IMG/VR virus record: IMGVR_UViG_3300027571_000004
Coordinates: 28,290-92,289 of that record
Length of the DNA stretch: 64,000 nt
Direction: 5' to 3' (one strand)
Source of the DNA: a virus
Taxonomy: Duplodnaviria > Caudoviricetes
The translations under genes were made by a program, and so were the position numbers. The notes beneath the pieces are model-generated. The model was not told the origin of the DNA. It ran no database searches and was given only the letters and a program-made list of their open reading frames with translations. Positions 56,532 to 64,000 of the stretch are shown here, one piece after another. The first letter of the stretch is position 1; every line of letters begins with the position of its first letter.

Positions 56532-56854
56532 TGAATAACAATAAATTTTATATTCTGGTTGCCGACTGGTGTCCATATTGCAGAGCAGCAAAGAGTGCTA
56601 TCTTTGATCTGGTAGAAAAGTATTACTCAAATAATAACATTGTTTTAATTGAAGATAGTGCAAATGAGTATAGAGAGATTTCTTCACAACTAGAAGCAGA
56701 TATGATTCCAGCATTTGTAATAGCAGATGAAAATGGGAAAAAGATTAAGGCTTATGACGGCTCAGATAGATCATTTGAGGCACTTCTTGGTTTCTATGCT
56801 GAGAATACAGGAACAAAGGTTCTTGAAGAAGACCAACCAATTTATAGCAACTAG
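56531..56854 (+). CDS. Thioredoxin/glutaredoxin-like protein (CPYC)
   Basis: ADWCPYC and cis-Pro IPAF. Confidence 0.8.
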   Translation: MNNNKFYILVADWCPYCRAAKSAIFDLVEKYYSNNNIVLIEDSANEYREISSQLEADMIPAFVIADENGKKIKAYDGSDRSFEALLGFYAENTGTKVLEEDQPIYSN

Positions 56855-56862
56855 GAGTAGTT

Positions 56863-57123
56863 ATGTCAACAGTATTATATTTTACAGCCCAATGGTGCGG
56901 TCCTTGCAAGGCAATGAAGCCAATTGTTGAAGAGTTTGAAAAAGAATATTTAGAGCCATCAGTCATAAGGATTGATGCTGATGATGAATTCAAATTGGCT
57001 CAAGAGCATAAAATTCAGGCTGTTCCTACTTTTATTCTTTTGTCTGAAGAAGGCGAAGAGTTGAATCGTTGGAAGGGTCCAATGAATAAGGAAAAGTTTA
57101 AAAAATTTGCTTTAGGAGAATAA
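56863..57123 (+). CDS. trxA: Thioredoxin
   Basis: FTAQWCGPCK, IDAD, VPTF; SD AGGAG. Confidence 0.9.
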   Translation: MSTVLYFTAQWCGPCKAMKPIVEEFEKEYLEPSVIRIDADDEFKLAQEHKIQAVPTFILLSEEGEELNRWKGPMNKEKFKKFALGE

Positions 57124-57124
57124 C

Positions 57125-57454
57125 GTGAATCCAGACGATCAGATTGAAAATATGATCCTTGATGGATCGCTAGAGGTTTCTGGGATTGATGAGGAGACTG
57201 GAGAGTTTCTTTATACTTTTACAGAAAAACTAGCAAAAAACTATCCAGAACTATATAAAGATACACAAACATATTTCTCAAAAGAAATGATGTTCCTGTG
57301 GGAAAATAATTTTGTTGTTATGGATGTTACAGATTCAAACCCTTTGGTTTCATTAACAGAAAAAGCATTGGACAAAGAAGAGGTGGCAAAACTAAGTCCA
57401 GAGGTTCAAATAATGCTTAAAGAGGTTGTAAGAGTCCTGTATTTTGATGAATGA
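57125..57454 (+). CDS. Hypothetical protein, paralog of 44123
   Basis: Shared SGID..TGE.LY..T.KL motif; SD AGGAG. Confidence 0.7.
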   Translation: MNPDDQIENMILDGSLEVSGIDEETGEFLYTFTEKLAKNYPELYKDTQTYFSKEMMFLWENNFVVMDVTDSNPLVSLTEKALDKEEVAKLSPEVQIMLKEVVRVLYFDE

Positions 57455-57466
57455 TATAATTAAACT

Positions 57467-57895
57467 ATGATAAGCCTAGAGTATTTTGTTGGTGCTTTTG
57501 TTGGCATATTTTTTATTATTTTTATTCAAAACAAAAACAAAATAAAGATTAATAAAAAAGACTTTGTTATTAAGTATAGCCAGTCTCACATGCTTGAAAT
57601 AGTTAAACCCTTACTTCCACCTCAAGAAGGTAAAAAAATAAATAAAAATACACAGGCATACAAGCATGAAGAAAAAACCAATGTTCGTGTAATAGTTTTA
57701 GATGGTCAGGCTTTTTGGATCAGGGACAACCTGTTTTATTCTGCCGACTTTTTGGGGGATGTGATTGATAAAGACTCAACATCCGTAGTTGACACAATGG
57801 GTATGGACAAGGTACAATTAGACAAGATGCTTTTTATAATAGATCAACTAAGAGATGGGAAAGACAATGATAGTAGCAGTTCAGGGAACAAGTAG
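57467..57895 (+). CDS. Hypothetical protein with N-terminal TM helix
   Basis: Leaderless start 6 nt after TGATATAAT (57452-57460). Confidence 0.7.
   Translation: MISLEYFVGAFVGIFFIIFIQNKNKIKINKKDFVIKYSQSHMLEIVKPLLPPQEGKKINKNTQAYKHEEKTNVRVIVLDGQAFWIRDNLFYSADFLGDVIDKDSTSVVDTMGMDKVQLDKMLFIIDQLRDGKDNDSSSSGNK
57789..57818 (+). promoter_or_regulatory. Promoter TTGACA-18-TACAAT inside a CDS
   Basis: TTGACA 57789-57794 and TACAAT 57813-57818. Confidence 0.6.
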
Positions 57896-58217
57896 TTTTA
57901 GTGACTACAACGTGTTTCTTCGTGCTATGGGTGTTGCCATGTCAGCATTAAAAGATGAAGATCAGTATTTCTATGTTTACTCAGCAGGTCCAGGTGCTCT
58001 TAACTCCATGGTCTCTGAGTTTGTAAACTTATCTGAAAGAGGAATGAAATCTCGTGGAAAGAAGATAAAGTTTTATAAAGTAGCACCAAGTTGGATAGAG
58101 GATAATCTGGTAGATATAAACTACTTTGCATTCTTTTCATTGCCAAATGAGCAGCAATCTAAACTTGTAGAAAAGGCATTAAATCAAAATATTGAAACCG
58201 CAATATTTAGTTACTAA
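57867..58217 (+). CDS. Putative SLOG/YspA-like Rossmannoid protein
   Basis: MIVAVQGTSSFSDY resembles the SLOG start (IxGxRxFxDY); YFAFFS. Confidence 0.5.
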   Translation: MIVAVQGTSSFSDYNVFLRAMGVAMSALKDEDQYFYVYSAGPGALNSMVSEFVNLSERGMKSRGKKIKFYKVAPSWIEDNLVDINYFAFFSLPNEQQSKLVEKALNQNIETAIFSY

Positions 58218-58226
58218 GGGAGAGAA

Positions 58227-58436
58227 ATGAATATTACATCATTAGAAAAAATGGAAGAAGTCGTTGCAAAGAACAAGTCCTTGTTTTGGGATGGATGGAC
58301 AGTGGTAAACTCATATGTTTCTGATAAGGCAAGAACTTCTAACCAAGGTGCTTTTAGGAATGGTCAATGGCATTTTCAAAAGCGCTTTGAACCAACAACA
58401 CTTGGCTGGGATATACCTGATAAGTTTGTAGGATAG
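58227..58436 (+). CDS. Hypothetical Trp-rich protein
   Basis: SD GGGAG; LFWDGWTVV. Confidence 0.7.
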   Translation: MNITSLEKMEEVVAKNKSLFWDGWTVVNSYVSDKARTSNQGAFRNGQWHFQKRFEPTTLGWDIPDKFVG

Positions 58437-58437
58437 T

Positions 58438-58725
58438 ATGCCTAAGCATGAGTGGAAAGACGATGGACTTTGTTTAGACTATGATACAAACTTATTCTTT
58501 GATAAGTATGAAGAGGATGCATTTCTTAGACCAGCAGTAGATAAACTTTGTTCCACGTGTCCAGTTTCAAATACTTGCTTTGCAGTGGGCATATCTCAAA
58601 AAGAATGGGGAGTGTGGGGAGGAGTATTCCTTGAAAGTGGTATAATATCTAAGGAGTTTAATAATCATAAGACTAAAGAGGCCTGGGCAAATACTTGGGA
58701 AGCACTAACAATAGAAAAAGGATAA
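58438..58725 (+). CDS. whiB: WhiB-family Fe-S transcription factor
   Basis: C..FF..CSTCPVSNTC four-Cys pattern and WGVWGG turn. Confidence 0.92.
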   Translation: MPKHEWKDDGLCLDYDTNLFFDKYEEDAFLRPAVDKLCSTCPVSNTCFAVGISQKEWGVWGGVFLESGIISKEFNNHKTKEAWANTWEALTIEKG

Positions 58726-58726
58726 A

Positions 58727-59740
58727 ATGACAGCCACAACAATACTTCATAACACTACTGAACGCAATCCTGTTTTCAAATATTCTTGGCACCCTCAAAT
58801 TTTGGGGGGACAAGGGCAATCACATAGGTTTCTAAATACTCCAGTAGTACCAGGAGAGGTAAATCTTAAGTTAGTAGAGCGTGATCCGAATACGATGGTT
58901 TTTGTATCAGATCAGCCAAAGGTTTTTATGACTATGTTTAACGGACCATATCACTTTTTTCATGAGACGGTTGCTCCTTTTTTATATCAATTTGAAAAGA
59001 CTCCAGAAGCATTATTCATATTTGATATTAGAAACATGTATGAAATGGACGAAAAATATCTAAAAATGTTTTCAAGACTACTATCAAAACTTAAAGCAAA
59101 CTTTAGATTTATTAAAACAGATGAGTCAACAAATATAGTTGCTGATAACTTTTATACTCAGACCACACTAAATGATGATGTCAATCCAGGAAATGCTGTT
59201 TATGATCTTTGCAGAAAGTTTATTATTACAGAAGATGTAAAGCCTTTTAGAAAGGTTTATCTAAGCAGAAAGTCTATGGGCAATAGGGACTATGAAGACA
59301 CATTTGTTGATGGCCCATCATTTAAAAATGATAACAGGATAGATAATGAAGAAATTTTAGAAAACTTTTTTACTTCTATTGGGTTTGAAGTTGTAAGTCC
59401 AGATATAAAATTTGAAACATTTGAGGATCAAGTAAAGTTCTTTTATGAAACTGAAACCCTTGTTCATTTAACTGGTGGAGGTGGCACAAACGCTATTTTT
59501 ATGCAACCAAGATCAAACATAGTTGAGTTAGTAACTACAATGGTTGTAAATAATAATACAAGAGAGGATGGAATGAAGGACTCAGAAGAAGCCCTACATC
59601 ATTTCTATTCAGCATATGCATTCAATAAAGATCACAACTACATAAGCATACAAAATAAAAGCAGAAAAGCAACAGACATTGTAAACAAAATAAACAATGA
59701 CAAACTTCTTTCTGCAATATTTGAAAGGATTACCACGTGA
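58727..59740 (+). CDS. Glycosyltransferase family 61 (DUF563-like)
   Basis: YHFFHE, KVYLSR, NRIDNE, FEDQVKFF, GGTNAIFM, IVEL. Confidence 0.8.
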   Translation: MTATTILHNTTERNPVFKYSWHPQILGGQGQSHRFLNTPVVPGEVNLKLVERDPNTMVFVSDQPKVFMTMFNGPYHFFHETVAPFLYQFEKTPEALFIFDIRNMYEMDEKYLKMFSRLLSKLKANFRFIKTDESTNIVADNFYTQTTLNDDVNPGNAVYDLCRKFIITEDVKPFRKVYLSRKSMGNRDYEDTFVDGPSFKNDNRIDNEEILENFFTSIGFEVVSPDIKFETFEDQVKFFYETETLVHLTGGGGTNAIFMQPRSNIVELVTTMVVNNNTREDGMKDSEEALHHFYSAYAFNKDHNYISIQNKSRKATDIVNKINNDKLLSAIFERITT

Positions 59741-60729
59741 GCATATCAACAATAAAACAGACAAACAAAGACCATCTAACACACTATGAAGGTTACTACA
59801 CTATAGAGTTTGATCGGCCTAGTTTAAGGTTTGACATAGTACACCCAAAAGAAGGTCATGTTGAAGAATTCACTGATACTTTTCCTTCTTTTTGTTCTCC
59901 TGATAAAAAGATTTTGTTGTCATTAAATATTGGAATGTATAATTTTTACTATACCTGCGTTCCTGCAATATTGTTATCGCACAGAGAACAACCAGATGCA
60001 ACATTGCTATTAGACTCTTCTGGAGTTACTTGGGAAGATGAAAAAAGTTACTATAAGTTTCTTAAAAGATTCCTAGATGATCTTGGAATAAAGTACATCA
60101 TTGAAGACATGTCTAAGTTTAGTAAAATTTATATTAATAACTTTTATTCAGCAGATTGGTTTACAAGATCAGAAGATGAACTTGAACTGCTTTATAAGGC
60201 TGTAATGCCGTATGTAAAAAATCCATCAGTGAGACCATTTAGAACTGTCTATATAAGTAGAGGCAAAGTAGAGGACAGAACTTTTAAATATACTAAGCCA
60301 GGAGCCAGTTTTGCTGGAGACAATAGAATTTTAGATGAAGAAGTTCTTGAGAAATTCTTTATTGATAATGGGGTTGAAGTTATCTATCCAGAAGACATTC
60401 CAGATTTTGCAGATCAGATAAATTACTTTTACGAAACAAAGACATTGATTTCTTTAACAAGTTCTGGAATAGCAAACTCTTTATTCATGAAACCAGGTGG
60501 AACAATTCTTGAGATAGTGACACCTCTTCTTCAAGCAATGGGAAATCCTTTCGATCCAAATAATCCAGTAGATGTCAGAGAAGACATTCATCACATATAC
60601 AATGCGATGGCTTACAACAAAAATCACTATTACTTATCAATACAAAATCATGATAGACAATCACAAACTATTATTAATAAGATGCTAAATCATGACTCTT
60701 TCTCCTCTCTTGTTAGAAACAATAAATGA
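59737..60729 (+). CDS. Glycosyltransferase family 61, second paralog
   Basis: VYISR, NRILDE, PEDIPDFADQINYF, GIANSLFMKPG, ILEI. Confidence 0.78.
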   Translation: MSISTIKQTNKDHLTHYEGYYTIEFDRPSLRFDIVHPKEGHVEEFTDTFPSFCSPDKKILLSLNIGMYNFYYTCVPAILLSHREQPDATLLLDSSGVTWEDEKSYYKFLKRFLDDLGIKYIIEDMSKFSKIYINNFYSADWFTRSEDELELLYKAVMPYVKNPSVRPFRTVYISRGKVEDRTFKYTKPGASFAGDNRILDEEVLEKFFIDNGVEVIYPEDIPDFADQINYFYETKTLISLTSSGIANSLFMKPGGTILEIVTPLLQAMGNPFDPNNPVDVREDIHHIYNAMAYNKNHYYLSIQNHDRQSQTIINKMLNHDSFSSLVRNNK

Positions 60730-62081
60730 AAAAATTAATAATATTTGATCTTGATGGTGTCCTTATTGATAGCAAGGGGATGCACTTTGATGCTTTAAAT
60801 AAGGCTCTTGCTGGTGTAGATGAAAAGTATGTTATATCTAAAGAAGAGCAGGCAACAATATATGAAGGTCTTCCTACTCACTCCAAGTTAAACCTTTTGT
60901 CAGATCGCAAGGGACTTAGCAAGGAGAGCCATAGAGATATCTGGATGGACAAACAAAGAATAACTGTAGATATGTTTAGCAACATACCCGAAGACACTGA
61001 GTTAATTTCTTTCATGGAATTAATAAAGAAAAATAATATTAATATTGCTGTTGCCAGCAATAGTATTTTAGAAACAATTGAGATATGTTTAACAAGACTA
61101 GGAATCAAAGATTTTGTAGAGCATATAGTTAGTAACGAAGATGTTAAACATCCTAAGCCTCACCCAGAAATGTATTGGAAGGCAATGTCATATTTCGGCT
61201 GCATCACTGATGATACTATTATATTTGAAGATAGCATTGTTGGAAGGATTGCTGCTATTGATAGCAAGGCTACCTTAATAAAAGTAAAAAATAGAAGAGA
61301 TCTAGACTTAGATAAAATTGAAAAGGCTGTTACTATATTACTATCAAATAAAGGTTCTTGGAAGGAGTCTAACCTGAACGTTCTAATACCCATGGCAGGG
61401 GCTGGAAGCCGTTTTGCGGAGGCTGGATACGCTTTCCCTAAGCCACTTATAGATGTACACGATAAACCCATGATTCAGGCTGTGGTGGACAATCTGGCTA
61501 TTGAGGCTACCTACACATACATTGTACAAAAATCTCACTTTGAGAAATATAATCTTAGTTATCTTCTTAATGCTATAACCCCTAACTGCAATATTGTGCA
61601 GGTAGATGGAGTAACAGAAGGAGCAGCAGTAACATGCCTATTGGCTAAAGAGTTTATCAACAATGACGAGCCTCTAGTAATGGCTAACTCTGATCAAATA
61701 GTTGATTGGAATAGTAGAGAGTTCTTGTATGAAATGCATAGCAAGAATGCTGATGGTGGCATTGCTACCTTCAAGTCTACCCATCCAAAATGGTCATATG
61801 CGAAAGTAAATGAATTGGGACTGGTAACTGAGGTTGCTGAAAAGAAACCTATTAGTGATGATGCTACTGTTGGTATTTATTATTGGAAGCACGGATCTGA
61901 TTTCGTAAAGTATGCAGAGCAGATGATTGAAAAAGATATCAGAGTAAATGGTGAGTTCTATACTTGCCCTGTTTTTAATGAGGCTATTGGAGATGGAAAG
62001 CAAGTTTATACAACCACAGTTAATAAGATGTGGGGCATTGGAACTCCAGAAGACCTTAATTACTATCTATCAAATAAATAA
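60726..62081 (+). CDS. HAD phosphatase fused to nucleotidyltransferase / GT-A (BcbE-like) domain
   Basis: FDLDGVL, SNS, KPHP and FEDS HAD motifs; then IPMAGAGSRF..GY..PKPLI, EGAAVT, VAEKKPIS, NGEFY, GTPEDL. Confidence 0.88.
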   Translation: MKKLIIFDLDGVLIDSKGMHFDALNKALAGVDEKYVISKEEQATIYEGLPTHSKLNLLSDRKGLSKESHRDIWMDKQRITVDMFSNIPEDTELISFMELIKKNNINIAVASNSILETIEICLTRLGIKDFVEHIVSNEDVKHPKPHPEMYWKAMSYFGCITDDTIIFEDSIVGRIAAIDSKATLIKVKNRRDLDLDKIEKAVTILLSNKGSWKESNLNVLIPMAGAGSRFAEAGYAFPKPLIDVHDKPMIQAVVDNLAIEATYTYIVQKSHFEKYNLSYLLNAITPNCNIVQVDGVTEGAAVTCLLAKEFINNDEPLVMANSDQIVDWNSREFLYEMHSKNADGGIATFKSTHPKWSYAKVNELGLVTEVAEKKPISDDATVGIYYWKHGSDFVKYAEQMIEKDIRVNGEFYTCPVFNEAIGDGKQVYTTTVNKMWGIGTPEDLNYYLSNK

Positions 62082-62083
62082 CA

Positions 62084-62875
62084 ATGAAGATATTTTTTAA
62101 TTGTTTGGTCTATAAAGATCCAGATGTTGTAGGCGATTTAATTCTTAATATTAAAAAGTTTGTAAAAGATCCTGTGATTGTTTTGCATGTGTCACCTGAT
62201 TTTAATGATTTTGATTTCAATAGATTTTCTTCTATAAATAATGTTTATATTAATCCTAACAGATATGCTCATGGTCAATGGGGTACAAAAATAAAAGCAT
62301 TGGTTTCAAACCATGACCTGCTAATAAGCAAGAGCATAGGCTTTGATTATGAGATTATATTTTATCCTAAGATGTTGTTTATTAGACATGGGATAGAAGA
62401 ATATTTAGATGGAGTTGATGCTTGTATGCCAACGCCAACAAAAGAAAAAAGAGATGCAATGGAGTACGCATTAAATACAAAAATGGATGTCTTTACTGAA
62501 GAAGAAAAAACCTTTTTTAATAATGACATTGAAAAGTTTTTGGTAGAGGGTATTTCTTTTAGTAAAACAATTTCAAACAGAATGTATGAAATGATAAAGT
62601 GCACACCTCTGTATAATAGAGAGGGTCATTGCTATGAAGAGTTTATAGTCCCCACTGTAGCCAAGTATTTTTCAGAAAAAGTAAAGGACTATCCTGGTAT
62701 AATTAGTTATTGGGACCTATCTATAGAAGACCTAAAGTTGATTTTAAGCGGGGAAATAAATAAATTTTCTTCGTTTTTCACAGATAGTCAGAATATAGAT
62801 CAGGTATACTTAGTTCATAAGGTAGACTATGGGTATAACAATCCCGTACGAAAGTTAATAAGGGAGATAACATGA
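62084..62875 (+). CDS. Putative glycosyltransferase
   Basis: VLHVS, NNVYINP.R, YEEFIVPT and terminal HKV..NNPVR; glycan-module context. Confidence 0.5.
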   Translation: MKIFFNCLVYKDPDVVGDLILNIKKFVKDPVIVLHVSPDFNDFDFNRFSSINNVYINPNRYAHGQWGTKIKALVSNHDLLISKSIGFDYEIIFYPKMLFIRHGIEEYLDGVDACMPTPTKEKRDAMEYALNTKMDVFTEEEKTFFNNDIEKFLVEGISFSKTISNRMYEMIKCTPLYNREGHCYEEFIVPTVAKYFSEKVKDYPGIISYWDLSIEDLKLILSGEINKFSSFFTDSQNIDQVYLVHKVDYGYNNPVRKLIREIT

Positions 62876-63312
62876 TTAAAATAGCACACCGTGGTAATGT
62901 GATGGGGCCAGTTCCAGTATTGGAAAATCGCCCAGACTACTTACTTGATGCAATCGCACAGGGTTATGATGTAGAGGTAGATGTTTGGTGGCATCAAAAT
63001 GCAATATGGTTTGGTCATGATGAGCCACAATACATTGTTTCACCAGAAGAGTTTTACAAGATCAGAGATAAGGCTTGGTTTCATTGCAAGGACTTCAATG
63101 CTTTAGATCATTTTATTAATAAGCAGCCAACAGCAAGATTCTTTTGGCACCAACAAGATGACTTCACACTAACAAGTAACGGATACATCTGGACCTATCC
63201 AGGTAAGGCAACTGGAAGTAATTCTATTAAGGTTGATCTTAGATTAGATAGTAATGAATTAATGTACACTCCTGCGGGGATTTGCACAGACTACCCGTAT
63301 CTGATACAATAG
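62872..63312 (+). CDS. GDPD/PLC-like phosphodiesterase
   Basis: IAHRGN, EN, DVEVDV, GHD, HCK, GICTD. Confidence 0.85.
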   Translation: MIKIAHRGNVMGPVPVLENRPDYLLDAIAQGYDVEVDVWWHQNAIWFGHDEPQYIVSPEEFYKIRDKAWFHCKDFNALDHFINKQPTARFFWHQQDDFTLTSNGYIWTYPGKATGSNSIKVDLRLDSNELMYTPAGICTDYPYLIQ

Positions 63313-63335
63313 ATATCTAATAGATAGGCTTCATA

Positions 63336-63542
63336 ATGTTTTCATGGGTATTAGCCGTAATTGGCGTTACAGGCATCTTCTTTGTTGGTCGTAAGACCAT
63401 TTGGGGATGGTATGTGTTATTGTTTAATGAAGTACTTTGGATTGCTTATGCTATCAATACAGATCAGTATGGTTTTATATTTAGTGCATTAGCCTATGCT
63501 GCTGTTTATATTAAGTCCTACCTACATTGGAAGAGAGAATAG
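63336..63542 (+). CDS. PnuC/SemiSWEET-like small membrane protein
   Basis: Three TM helices, RKTIWGW and QYGF; TGATACAAT promoter at 63302-63310. Confidence 0.55.
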   Translation: MFSWVLAVIGVTGIFFVGRKTIWGWYVLLFNEVLWIAYAINTDQYGFIFSALAYAAVYIKSYLHWKRE

Positions 63543-63544
63543 TA

Positions 63545-63781
63545 ATGTATACAGATTCAATGAGAAGAGCCTTTAGATCACTTAGAGGACCAAAGAATTT
63601 TGAACTTCAAATAGTAGATCATGACAACTTTTTAACAGTAAAGGCAAGTGAAAAACAATTTATGAGCCTTTCTGGTGAAGAAAGAAAAGAAGCAGTAGAA
63701 TATATGGTTCGTGCAAAAAAAGCCCTAGAAGACAACGGAGCAATTGTACTCTTAGTTCGTGAAGGAGGCAAAGAAGATTAA
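63545..63781 (+). CDS. Hypothetical protein
   Basis: Start at MYTDSMRRAF. Confidence 0.7.
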   Translation: MYTDSMRRAFRSLRGPKNFELQIVDHDNFLTVKASEKQFMSLSGEERKEAVEYMVRAKKALEDNGAIVLLVREGGKED

Positions 63782-63917
63782 GAATATAATTATTTGTAAA
63801 ATAATTGGACACAAAAGCAGAATATCTAAATGTCCATTTACTTTAAACGTTTACGATGTATGTGATAGATGCCAAGGCACAGTGATCATTGGAAGTTGGA
63901 ATCCAAATGAACAGTAA
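63759..63917 (+). CDS. Small zinc-finger-like protein (52 aa), absent from the ORF track
   Basis: Hand translation contains ICKIIGHK, CPFT and CDRC. Confidence 0.5.
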   Translation: MKEAKKIKNIIICKIIGHKSRISKCPFTLNVYDVCDRCQGTVIIGSWNPNEQ

Positions 63918-64000
63918 CTCAGAGATATGGTTTGATGATGAGTTTCCTAGAGATGGAAGTTTAGACTATTATGTATGGAGGGATTTAAATGATTAACACT

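Noticed and set aside
259-62604. Numerous 60-180 aa minus-strand and alternate-frame ORFs
   Set aside because: They lie on or across coherent + strand genes and show no motifs; all promoters and terminators found face +.
63907-63996. 29-aa ORF at the window end
   Set aside because: Too short, no motif and no downstream context to support it.
1-64000. Stop-codon reassignment or alternative genetic code
   Set aside because: Genes are full-length under the standard code; TAA, TAG and TGA all end genes; no suppressor tRNA seen.
1-64000. Integrase, transposase, reverse transcriptase or diversity-generating retroelement
   Set aside because: No such motifs, and no template/variable repeat pair seen; the 99-nt tape measure repeats are adjacent and differ at all base types.

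Overview
The window is a 64 kb piece of a large, AT-rich tailed phage genome, probably a siphovirus, with all credible genes on the + strand. WhiB, many leaderless genes behind TGnTAnnnT promoters and the gene content point to an actinobacterial host, most likely freshwater acI/Nanopelagicales (inference). Gene order: 3' part of a class II ribonucleotide reductase; a 1255-aa virion-type protein; head (portal, protease-scaffold, major capsid); neck and tail (major tail protein, two paralogous tail chaperones, 3408-aa tape measure, baseplate/tail proteins); replication and recombination (DnaB, primase, SSB, DnaE, MazG-like, RecA, resolvases, Cas4-like); terminase; a block of secreted and membrane proteins; two proteases; tRNA-Asn and tRNA-Asp; a candidate 84-nt structured ncRNA; HNH; CHAP endolysin; thermonuclease; thioredoxins; WhiB; and a glycan-modification module. 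The best leads are the promoter-delimited ncRNA beside the tRNAs, tail chaperones G and GT apparently made by gene duplication instead of frameshifting, a possible host-surface remodelling system, an RBS-occluding inverted repeat straddling a promoter, and consensus promoters embedded in coding sequence. All calls come from motif recognition by eye; no searches were run.
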